A stretch of 64,000 bases of DNA. Source: an uncultured virus (IMG/VR IMGVR_UViG_3300021197_001482) (taxonomy: Duplodnaviria > Heunggongvirae > Uroviricota > Caudoviricetes). The notes under the pieces are model-generated. The model did no database searches. It had not been told where the DNA came from and saw only the letters and a list, made by a program, of their open reading frames with translations. The stretch is from IMG/VR virus record IMGVR_UViG_3300021197_001482. One strand, given 5' to 3'. Below are positions 1 through 7,494 of this stretch, piece after piece. The position numbers were made by a program, and so were the translations under genes. Numbering within the stretch: position 1 is the first letter of the stretch; each line of letters starts with the position of its first letter.

Positions 1-222
1 GCAGGTGTAGAAGTCCACCACCAAGAGCCATTACCCGAAGAGTTTACTCAAGACATTGGCCTACTTGACCGTAATCATCAAATGAATCCTACCAAAAACG
101 GTACAATGATAGACAATATTAGCCCGCATATGCTTCGCACCATCGAATTGATGGCTCAAAATTACAAGGATGATGAAAATATTGAACCAAAACCCTTTGT
201 AATGCCCACTTTGAGGTATTGA
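1..222 (+). CDS. 3' end of a hypothetical protein (5'-truncated by the window)
   Basis: Frame 1 is open from base 1 (AGVEVHHQEPL...MPTLRY) to TGA at 220-222. Confidence 0.5.
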   Translation, partial: AGVEVHHQEPLPEEFTQDIGLLDRNHQMNPTKNGTMIDNISPHMLRTIELMAQNYKDDENIEPKPFVMPTLRY

Positions 223-289
223 GGGGTTAAAATGAATTGGAGATATTGGGGTGACGCTACCATCGCACTTCTTTTAATACCTATTTTAA

Positions 290-1132
290 TTATAGCAATA
301 CCGGTAGTTTGGCTTCTTTTTCTGCCAATAAAAGTCTTGTCGCAATGACTGACGCTACCTGTAAGTCACCTTCAACAAGCCCACAGTCAAACCCCCATGC
401 GTTGAGATGACGCACTAATGTTTCAGTAGATAAGTTACTGCCGCTGTTTTCCGTAAAAGGGCAACCACCAAGCCCTCCAATGCTTGAATCAAACTCTTTT
501 ATTCCGTTTATTAGTCCCATTTTTACTAAAGACAGTGCTTTTTCCTCGTTTGCTTTATGGTGTAAATGTAATGCTGGTTTTAATCCCTTCATAATAGCCA
601 TTTCAGCCCATAATGCTACTTCGTTACGACTACCAGTGCCAATAGTATCAGCAAATACAACCGTATTACCAAACATTTTTGCATCGTTTAGACAATTTTT
701 CATTACCATAGGTGCTACATCGCCACTGTAAGGGCTACCAAAAGCCATACTAATGTACACACGAACATTTTCTTTAGGTATTTTCATGAAAGTTTTGTAC
801 ATTAACACTATTTCACTGCGAGTTTTACCCATATTGTTCATGTTAAAAGTCTCGCAGGGTGAAAAAACAATGTTAATTTTTTCTGCACCAACAGACATAG
901 CCCTATCATAGCCACGCTTGTTCATGACAAGCACCGACCCTTTTTGGAAAACATCCTCGGCATCTGCCATTTGGGGTACTAATCGAGGATGGGCAAACGA
1001 AGTTTCTTCAATATTTTCTAATCCAGCGTTGTATAACGCATTGATAAGTTGTATTTTGGTTTCAGTACTGACGGGTTGTTCCAAACCTTGTAATCCGTCA
1101 CGAGGGCCAACCTCGTAAACGGACACTTTCAT
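290..1132 (-). CDS. hmgL: Hydroxymethylglutaryl-CoA lyase (DRE-TIM metallolyase), candidate auxiliary metabolic gene
   Basis: YEVGPRDGLQ N-terminal motif, ADTIG, HLHH metal-binding motif, GGLGGCPF loop with catalytic Cys, NLSTE. Confidence 0.9.
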   Translation of the reverse strand: MKVSVYEVGPRDGLQGLEQPVSTETKIQLINALYNAGLENIEETSFAHPRLVPQMADAEDVFQKGSVLVMNKRGYDRAMSVGAEKINIVFSPCETFNMNNMGKTRSEIVLMYKTFMKIPKENVRVYISMAFGSPYSGDVAPMVMKNCLNDAKMFGNTVVFADTIGTGSRNEVALWAEMAIMKGLKPALHLHHKANEEKALSLVKMGLINGIKEFDSSIGGLGGCPFTENSGSNLSTETLVRHLNAWGFDCGLVEGDLQVASVIATRLLLAEKEAKLPVLL

Positions 1133-1287
1133 TCAATACCCCTCCGCATACCTTCGTAACACGCTTTATGAAAAGCCTCTTCGTCTTCAATAAAAATTAC
1201 AGTATCATTAGGGTCGGGTGTAGTCAGCAACCACACGCCAGTAAATCCGAAAAAAAATGCTACAATAAACCAAAGAAACAACTTCAT
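1129..1287 (-). CDS. Small membrane protein
   Basis: Probable start at MKLFLWFIVAFFFGFTGVWLL (hydrophobic helix); TATA-like TTTAAC about 25 nt upstream; stop overlaps the hmgL start. Confidence 0.6.
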   Translation of the reverse strand: MKLFLWFIVAFFFGFTGVWLLTTPDPNDTVIFIEDEEAFHKACYEGMRRGIE

Positions 1288-1307
1288 GTGCCGAGACAGT
1301 GCAGTGT

Positions 1308-1325
1308 AAAAGTTAAACCTTTCGC
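1308..1325 (-). promoter_or_regulatory. Archaeal BRE/TATA promoter for a leaderless transcript
   Basis: Minus strand reads GCGAAAGGTTTAACTTTT about 25-35 nt upstream of the ATG at 1287. Confidence 0.45.
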
Positions 1326-1834
1326 TAATCCAGTGGATAACCACTGCTATCTACGCCCAATCGTTGTTCAATCGGATAGTTGGTATTTGGTTTGGGTTGA
1401 GGTTGTTCTTCTCCGGCCATAAATTGTTTAAAATGTTCCTGTGCGCTTAATTTTTCTTCTTGTTCACCACGAAGTTCAGCCGCATTCCTATCCCACTCTT
1501 GTATCATAGGTGTGGCTTTTTCGGGTATGGAAACCATATTATGATACATATTATGTATGTGCATTGAAAGAGGTTGCATTACCCTGTTCCATAAATCGTA
1601 ATCCCTATCGTCTGCAAAAAAATGTTGATTATCTAATTGCTGTTGTATTTTTTCTTCGGGAATGCCTCTTGCTCTAAGTGCCGCCGCATGTAATTTATCA
1701 AGCATTTCGTAGCCCATTTTACCTTCTGCGTTATCATCATATCCACCCAACATTAGATTTAATGAATGTGCGGCATTATGATGCCAGTCTTCTGTACCTT
1801 TTAGCAAAGTCCAAGCCTTTTGAAACGGTTGCAT
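1325..1834 (-). CDS. Hypothetical protein with FxxAWxLLK N-terminal leader
   Basis: Likely start MQPFQKAWTLLKG at 1834, just after the upstream gene's stop at 1839. Confidence 0.75.
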   Translation of the reverse strand: MQPFQKAWTLLKGTEDWHHNAAHSLNLMLGGYDDNAEGKMGYEMLDKLHAAALRARGIPEEKIQQQLDNQHFFADDRDYDLWNRVMQPLSMHIHNMYHNMVSIPEKATPMIQEWDRNAAELRGEQEEKLSAQEHFKQFMAGEEQPQPKPNTNYPIEQRLGVDSSGYPLD

Positions 1835-1838
1835 GTTA

Positions 1839-2498
1839 TCACTGCCCGCCGATAAATGGCGAAGGACTTCTTGCGGCTCTACCCTGCATACGAGGGGTGG
1901 CTCGTGGCTCATCTATTTGCCCACGCTTGGTTTTACGAGGTGTTTCTCTTATGTTTCTTGAAGCAATGTTATGCGCTTCGGGGTGTGCATCTGTAGGTAC
2001 GCTGTTAATTGGGTCAAAGTTTTCATCAAATGAATCAAAGAAAAGGTCTGTTGAGTTTTCTCGTTTACTATAATCGGTTTCCGGTTTCATTGCGGCTCGT
2101 CGGCCAGCACCGTCAGCAAACTGCGCTAATTGGTCTTCCACTCTACCTGCAAGTGGCTTAGGGAATGGGTTAAACGGTTCTATGTTTTGATTTATCCTAT
2201 CAATTAACTGCTGTTGTTGAGCAGGTGACGCATCATCATTAAAATCTAATTCTACCCCCGCATCATCTACATCATCCATACCGTACATGTTTGTTTGTTC
2301 CCTGTTCGATAGCCTACCTCTTGGGATTTCACCAGTGCTACCAGCACGACCAAGGTTTGCCGGAGGTTTAGTACTTCTCATAGGCGGCATACTTGGGCCA
2401 CCCATGCTTTCGTCATCGTCTTCTAAATTATAAAACTCTTTTTCGCTCATTGGTGCATTTTTCAAGAGCATCCAAGCGGCTTCAAAAGCAACGGACAT
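1839..2498 (-). CDS. Low-complexity, probably disordered protein with FxxAWxLLK leader
   Basis: Starts MSVAFEAAWMLLKN; acidic, Pro-rich body; TTAAATA about 25 nt upstream on the minus strand. Confidence 0.75.
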   Translation of the reverse strand: MSVAFEAAWMLLKNAPMSEKEFYNLEDDDESMGGPSMPPMRSTKPPANLGRAGSTGEIPRGRLSNREQTNMYGMDDVDDAGVELDFNDDASPAQQQQLIDRINQNIEPFNPFPKPLAGRVEDQLAQFADGAGRRAAMKPETDYSKRENSTDLFFDSFDENFDPINSVPTDAHPEAHNIASRNIRETPRKTKRGQIDEPRATPRMQGRAARSPSPFIGGQ

Positions 2499-2626
2499 AT
2501 GTAGCGTGAAGCGGATGAGATATTTAACGCTTAAGTAAAAGTTCGTGGTGCATAACCATCGTGTATGACATTAAAATAAAGGTGATAATACTAAAGGTCA
2601 AACCCGCCCAGTCCACCTTGTCCATT

Positions 2627-3364
2627 TTACCGTCTGCCGTAGGTCACACCACCGGGTACAGGAATGTGGGTATATTGGTCTAAAGTCTGTTGTTGAGCAT
2701 TACTGTAAGGAGTGCGAGTATTAGGTTCTTGGTACAAAGGCAATGCACCGGTATCGTATCGCAAATCGCCAAACTCACGAGGTGTTTCTTTAGGCGGATT
2801 TGCAATGTAATCTATATTGTCCGACCTACCAAAATTAACATCCGGTGTTCTTTTAATTGCATTTACAGGGTTAAACTGTTCGTGAAACGGTTGCGAGTTT
2901 ATGTTTCTCTCTTGCGACCGTAATTTACCGGTATCGTCAATAATGCTTTGCAACGCTCTACCGTACAAACCCTGTCTTCGAGCAGGTTGGACTAATTCAC
3001 TTTGAATAATACTACCATGATTAAATTGAGGGAATAGCGGGTCATTTAATGGAGGTTCAACAGATATTCTACCTGCAAGTTTTGGCCCTACTTTGACATT
3101 ATAACGGTCTTCTGTTTGACTTATTGGTGTTTTTGAAAGACGAGGGATGTATTGATTTAACTGTTGTTTAAATTGTTCTTTTTTATCAAGTTCTTTTCTG
3201 TGCCGCTGTTCGGCCTCTATTTCTAATCTTACTGGGTCACGAACTGTAGCGTTTGCAAAAAAATCGGGTAAATCACGAGTGTAGGAGAGCCACGATAGCG
3301 GGTCCAATCTTCTTTGCATTGTCGCCTTTAACAAGACCCATGCTGAATCAAATGGGCTTGACAT
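2627..3364 (-). CDS. Leader-tagged protein with probable GNAT acetyltransferase domain
   Basis: Starts MSSPFDSAWVLLKA; SELVQPARRQGLYGRAL resembles GNAT motif A, RNINSQPFH resembles motif B; PIP-like QQTLDQY near the C-terminus. Confidence 0.6.
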   Translation of the reverse strand: MSSPFDSAWVLLKATMQRRLDPLSWLSYTRDLPDFFANATVRDPVRLEIEAEQRHRKELDKKEQFKQQLNQYIPRLSKTPISQTEDRYNVKVGPKLAGRISVEPPLNDPLFPQFNHGSIIQSELVQPARRQGLYGRALQSIIDDTGKLRSQERNINSQPFHEQFNPVNAIKRTPDVNFGRSDNIDYIANPPKETPREFGDLRYDTGALPLYQEPNTRTPYSNAQQQTLDQYTHIPVPGGVTYGRR

Positions 3365-3369
3365 TTTAA

Positions 3370-3693
3370 TCACTCTTGATTCGGGTCAATTCGTGGTAAG
3401 TTCATAACTTGTTCTAAGGTTAGTCTTTCTAATTGTTCGGGCGTTGCAGGTTTGAAACCGGGAGGTGGTTTGGGTTCATATTCATCATATTCTGCTGGTG
3501 GTGGCCCCCATTTTCGACTTAAACCTTCACTATTATAATAACTCCCTCCCATTGCATCTATTCGGTTTTCTGCATTCCACCACTCTTCACTACCTTCTTC
3601 ATGCTGGCTTTGATAGTGCCTTATCCACTCTATAGCGTCTTGTCGAGTAATACCTTTTAACAAAGTCCATGCATAATCAAAAGGACTTGTCAT
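3370..3693 (-). CDS. Small protein with FxxAWxLLK leader
   Basis: Starts MTSPFDYAWTLLKG after RBS AGGTGA. Confidence 0.75.
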   Translation of the reverse strand: MTSPFDYAWTLLKGITRQDAIEWIRHYQSQHEEGSEEWWNAENRIDAMGGSYYNSEGLSRKWGPPPAEYDEYEPKPPPGFKPATPEQLERLTLEQVMNLPRIDPNQE

Positions 3694-3704
3694 TTTAATC
3701 ACCT

Positions 3705-3804
3705 NNNNNNNNNNNNNNNNNNNNNNNNNNNNNNNNNNNNNNNNNNNNNNNNNNNNNNNNNNNNNNNNNNNNNNNNNNNNNNNNNNNNNNNNNNNNNNNN
3801 NNNN
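3705..3804. other. Assembly gap (100 N)
   Basis: Run of n. Confidence 1.
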
Positions 3805-3857
3805 AAAAAATGTTCAAAATATTTTTTTTACTAAAATGCCGTGTGCGGTTAAAAGAA

Positions 3858-4067
3858 GTGCTATGGGGGGTGCTATGGGGTATTTCTCCTTCTAAGGGGG
3901 TGCTATGGGGTCGTGCTATGGCCGCTGTACAGCGTTCTATAGACCGCACCCCGTCACTGTGCTATGGCCCCATAGCGGGCGGGCGGGTGGCGGGTGCGTG
4001 TCACGCTTGCCTTCTATAGACCGCCCCACTACGGGCCTGTATGCGGGCGAGTATAGCGTTCTATAGA
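3858..4067. repeat. Cluster of short repeats: GTGCTATGG x5 and palindromic TCTATAGA x3
   Basis: GTGCTATGG at 3858, 3870, 3900, 3913, 3959; TCTATAGA at 3936, 4013, 4060. Confidence 0.85.
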
Positions 4068-4220
4068 ATCCCACCACCGCTTTGCTACGCCCGCCCATAA
4101 CGCAACGCCCCGCTTGGGCGCACCCCCATGAATAGCGACCCTTGACCCAACCCATATGGGTGTATCACCCATCCATTACCTGCGCTATGTGCTGTGCGCT
4201 ATGGAGTCCTATTCGATGCA

Positions 4221-4254
4221 CTGAAGTCAAATCATATATAAATACTAAAAGAGA
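4221..4254 (+). promoter_or_regulatory. Viral promoter repeat, copy 1
   Basis: CTGAAGTCAAATCATATATAAATACTAAAAGAGA; TATA box about 25 nt upstream of the ATG at 4264. Confidence 0.8.
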
Positions 4255-4263
4255 TGCAAGACG

Positions 4264-5151
4264 ATGCCACAAAACAATGTATCAGCCCCAAGCCGTACCT
4301 ATGACCGCACCGCCCCTCGTGGCACACAGTTCACCCCTGTGTGTAATGATGTTCAGCAGTTCATGGACTCCACTCGCAAGAGTGTGTCCCTGCCTGTGAC
4401 CTTCAACCACTTCGGAATCATGGACTTCACATCCAACCCGCAGAAAGGCGACGACCGAACCGCTTGGACTCCGACCAAGTTCATGACTTACACACGAGCG
4501 CAACTCGTCAACCACTTCACGGACATGATTAGCACCTGCATGGAGCATTGCTCGGCCACCTTCTCTACACACATCCCCAACCGTAGCAAGTACTCCGCTA
4601 AGGACATCGCCGCCGCCCTCACATGGACATACACTGTGACGAAGGGCGTGAACAAAGGTGCTGTCCGTAACCACCTCGCACACTTTCAAGCGTCGGCTCG
4701 CAACACCATCAACCGCAACATGAAGGCCAACGACTTGAGTGAAGCCGTCGAGAACGGGGATGCGTGGATGGCCGAGGGAGTCGTTGATAAAGACGGCAAC
4801 CCAGTTCCGTATGTGAGTGAAGCGAAGGCCAAGAAAGCCCACGCTCGTAAGGCTCACGCTGATTTGGTCGAGGCTACCAAAGACGGCCCTGCAAAGAAGC
4901 GTGTGACTGGTGATTGGTACGAACCGAAGACTCGCAAGCAAGCGTACTTGGACAACGCTGTTGTCGCCTCGTACATGACTGAACTGGCCGTTTCGATGAC
5001 GACTCTTCGCACCATGCCCTCTATCCGTGTGCGACAACTCGCCATCAAAGCCGGTGCGCCCGCCTCCGTAACCACTGGCAAGGGTGCGACCAAGCGTTGC
5101 ATCGAGTGGTTCAGTGTTGATGTGGCTCGCATCACACTCGCCAACCGGTGA
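4264..5151 (+). CDS. Basic orphan protein, possibly the first-expressed gene
   Basis: 295-aa ORF with its own promoter and terminator; more C-ending codons than neighbouring genes. Confidence 0.8.
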   Translation: MPQNNVSAPSRTYDRTAPRGTQFTPVCNDVQQFMDSTRKSVSLPVTFNHFGIMDFTSNPQKGDDRTAWTPTKFMTYTRAQLVNHFTDMISTCMEHCSATFSTHIPNRSKYSAKDIAAALTWTYTVTKGVNKGAVRNHLAHFQASARNTINRNMKANDLSEAVENGDAWMAEGVVDKDGNPVPYVSEAKAKKAHARKAHADLVEATKDGPAKKRVTGDWYEPKTRKQAYLDNAVVASYMTELAVSMTTLRTMPSIRVRQLAIKAGAPASVTTGKGATKRCIEWFSVDVARITLANR

Positions 5152-5216
5152 GTCGCACTGACTGACTGACGCTCACCCCGCCCCCGCATAGGGGGTGGGT
5201 TCTCTTCGGAGTTGCC

Positions 5217-5260
5217 GCCCTCACTCACGCCTTGGCGTGGGTGGGGGCTTTTTTTATTTT
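5217..5260 (+). terminator. GC-rich hairpin followed by a T-tract
   Basis: GCCCTCACTCACGC-CTTG-GCGTGGGTGGGGGC (14-bp stem with G.U pairs) followed by TTTTTTTATTTT. Confidence 0.8.
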
Positions 5261-5770
5261 CAAATCCCCATAGCGGGCGTGAGTTGGGCCGATAAGCAAC
5301 ACAACTGCGCCCCCGCAATACGCTTGGCCTTGTTGTTCACCGTTACTTACACCCATATGGGTTGGGTTTTCTATGCCTCTTACTCATGCCCGCCTGTCTT
5401 AGAAAATAACTTCTCACTGTCCGAGCGAGAGCCGAACCCAGACCACCGTGGTATAAGCGGGCGGTTGGTTTCAGTGGGCGAGGCTCGATGCAGTAGTAAG
5501 TAATCACTTACTCACTTACCTATACAAGTGGATGAATTATGAGTGCTAAAGTAAAACCCACACCGGTCATAGTAGTCATAGTAGTCACCATTATGTTCAC
5601 GCTTTTGACTCGCATTACAAATGTCATTACTCATAGGGTACTACTCTCAATATAATAAGTAAGTATAGGTATAGTAATAATGACTATTGTAACGCCAGTC
5701 AAATCCGTGACTCGTATCGTGAACATTATGAATAACATGACCCGTATAATTCGATGATGAAAACGGTGGA

Positions 5771-5804
5771 CTGAAAGCAAATCATATATAAATACTAAAA
5801 GAAA
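5771..5804 (+). promoter_or_regulatory. Viral promoter repeat, copy 2
   Basis: CTGAAAGCAAATCATATATAAATACTAAAAGAAA upstream of the ATG at 5814. Confidence 0.8.
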
Positions 5805-5813
5805 AGGAAGTCG

Positions 5814-6050
5814 ATGCCGAACCACAGAATAAGCAATACTCCCTTACCTCACAGGGTACATGTACTGGGACAGATAACATACAAACATGCCGACTACTTC
5901 GATACTTGGTGCGATGAAATGAATGAGATGGGCTACGATGTAGTCGAGTATGATGGTGGCATTTACGAGCAACTCATACATACTCCACACGGCACAGAAG
6001 TATGGTGCTATCCTCATTGGCAAATCGTCAAGCGAGAGGTGGTAGCATGA
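5814..6050 (+). CDS. Hypothetical protein
   Basis: Follows a promoter copy; ends KREVVA in a repeated junction. Confidence 0.7.
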   Translation: MPNHRISNTPLPHRVHVLGQITYKHADYFDTWCDEMNEMGYDVVEYDGGIYEQLIHTPHGTEVWCYPHWQIVKREVVA

Positions 6051-6265
6051 TTGGGCCGCAAGCATACGAGAACCTGTTCTACTACCCGTCTGTCACTTGG
6101 TCTGTGAGAGATATTGAAATCAAATACAACGGAGTACTCTACACCTATTCCGGTGATGGTGCATGGGAAATGTTTGAAACAAGAGGACACTTCAAGGCAT
6201 GGTGCATTGATGATGTCACTGATAACAACGGTGAGTATGCAGACAAGCGAGAGGTGGTAGCATGA
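6047..6265 (+). CDS. Hypothetical protein
   Basis: ATGA overlap start (MIGPQAY); flanked by 24-bp direct repeats. Confidence 0.7.
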   Translation: MIGPQAYENLFYYPSVTWSVRDIEIKYNGVLYTYSGDGAWEMFETRGHFKAWCIDDVTDNNGEYADKREVVA

Positions 6266-6741
6266 TTAACACAGACAAATATAAAAGACATACCAAAGGT
6301 GATAATGAAGTCGGTTGGAGAATAGTTGGGGATAACTTTGTTATGAATGGGGAATCACCTTCATTTAGATACATCGCTTATGTTAGACACGACGATGAAA
6401 TGGTGATTGAACCATTCTCCGATGCTGATGCGAACTTGATAGCAGACACACCACTTCTCTTAGCAGAAGTTGAGCAATTGTATGAAGAGAAGGAGGCTAT
6501 GCTCAAGCACATCACTGACTTAGAAGTGGCACTCAAGAAGGCGGTTGAGATGTGGGATGAAGAAACCCCACTGTTCGACTTTGAGTTAATGATTACAGGC
6601 ATCAAAGAACAGTTCGCATACCTCTTCGACATAGATGATGGCTACGAACCACCGGAACACATGACAGCCGATGACTTCAACGAGATGCACTCCGGCCCAT
6701 ACCAACCCGACGACACTGGCTACATGGATGGTGATTACTGA
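6262..6741 (+). CDS. Hypothetical protein, MIxTDKY family
   Basis: MINTDKYKRHT...DADANLIADTPLLLAEVE; paralogous to 17751-18032. Confidence 0.75.
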   Translation: MINTDKYKRHTKGDNEVGWRIVGDNFVMNGESPSFRYIAYVRHDDEMVIEPFSDADANLIADTPLLLAEVEQLYEEKEAMLKHITDLEVALKKAVEMWDEETPLFDFELMITGIKEQFAYLFDIDDGYEPPEHMTADDFNEMHSGPYQPDDTGYMDGDY

Positions 6742-7004
6742 TGACACATTATAATTTGAACACAGCAGAAACGCATAACCCGACTGAACACTTTTGGAAG
6801 AGGTTGAAGGTTGGCGATGTAGTGAATGGGCGAGAGGTTGTCCGTGAAGGAAAGAACACCACCTGCGGTTGGCCTCAAGTGATTGACCTCATGAGCGATG
6901 AAGGCACTACTTGGATGGTCTGTCGTGCAGGGTTCGACCACCCTGCTTGCGGTTGTCCACATGAAGAGGATGACACTGACTACTACATGGATGGTGATGA
7001 GTGA
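6741..7004 (+). CDS. Hypothetical protein
   Basis: Translationally coupled ORF ending YMDGDE, like the upstream gene's YMDGDY. Confidence 0.65.
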   Translation: MTHYNLNTAETHNPTEHFWKRLKVGDVVNGREVVREGKNTTCGWPQVIDLMSDEGTTWMVCRAGFDHPACGCPHEEDDTDYYMDGDE

Positions 7005-7445
7005 TGAGAAAATACATATCCCTCCACACCACCATGAGTGAGGAAAAGAAAGAGAGACTCACTCGGCTAAGAGAACGCACTCGCATGTTAAAGGTAAGAC
7101 GGAAAGCAATAGCGGAGTCGGGCTTGACTCCTGCGGAGTACGATGAGATGCAGTACCTTGAATCACTTACACCCGAACAACTACAGGAGGTATGCGAATG
7201 AGTAGATGGGATGGATGCGATACATGCGTAGCGTGGCATAACCCTCTACCATTTGAAGAGGACATGGGTGAGAACAGCGAACCTATTGCATTCAGCAGGA
7301 GTCACTGTCACATGAACGAATCGGAACACTGCCACCTTGCAGGTGAGCGATACATTATCCATGTCGGACAAGACAACGAACACATGGAGGTATGCCCCGA
7401 TTGCTACTGTAAGTATCACGGAGTATACGAAGAACAAAACGATGA

Positions 7446-7479
7446 CTGAAAGTAAATGATATATAAATACCAAAAGAAT
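7446..7479 (+). promoter_or_regulatory. Viral promoter repeat, copy 3
   Basis: CTGAAAGTAAATGATATATAAATACCAAAAGAAT. Confidence 0.8.
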
Positions 7480-7494
7480 ATGGAGATGAATACA

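Larger units (their letters stand above)
4145..5367. repeat. Perfect 20-bp inverted repeat pair bracketing ORF 4264-5151
   Basis: ACCCAACCCATATGGGTGTA (4145-4164) and its reverse complement TACACCCATATGGGTTGGGT (5348-5367). Confidence 0.85.

Noticed and set aside
3695..4399. Short ORFs 3695-3949, 3810-4019, 3937-4155 and 4142-4399
   Set aside because: They run through the N gap or translate non-coding repeats; no RBS or recognisable protein features.
4282..5037. 251-aa minus-strand ORF
   Set aside because: Antisense shadow of 4264-5151, which has the promoter and terminator; biased codon usage explains the lack of stops.
7456..7494. MIYKYQK N-termini in ORF-track entries (7456, 14035, 21142) as a shared peptide
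   Set aside because: These are translations of the promoter motif; real starts are downstream.
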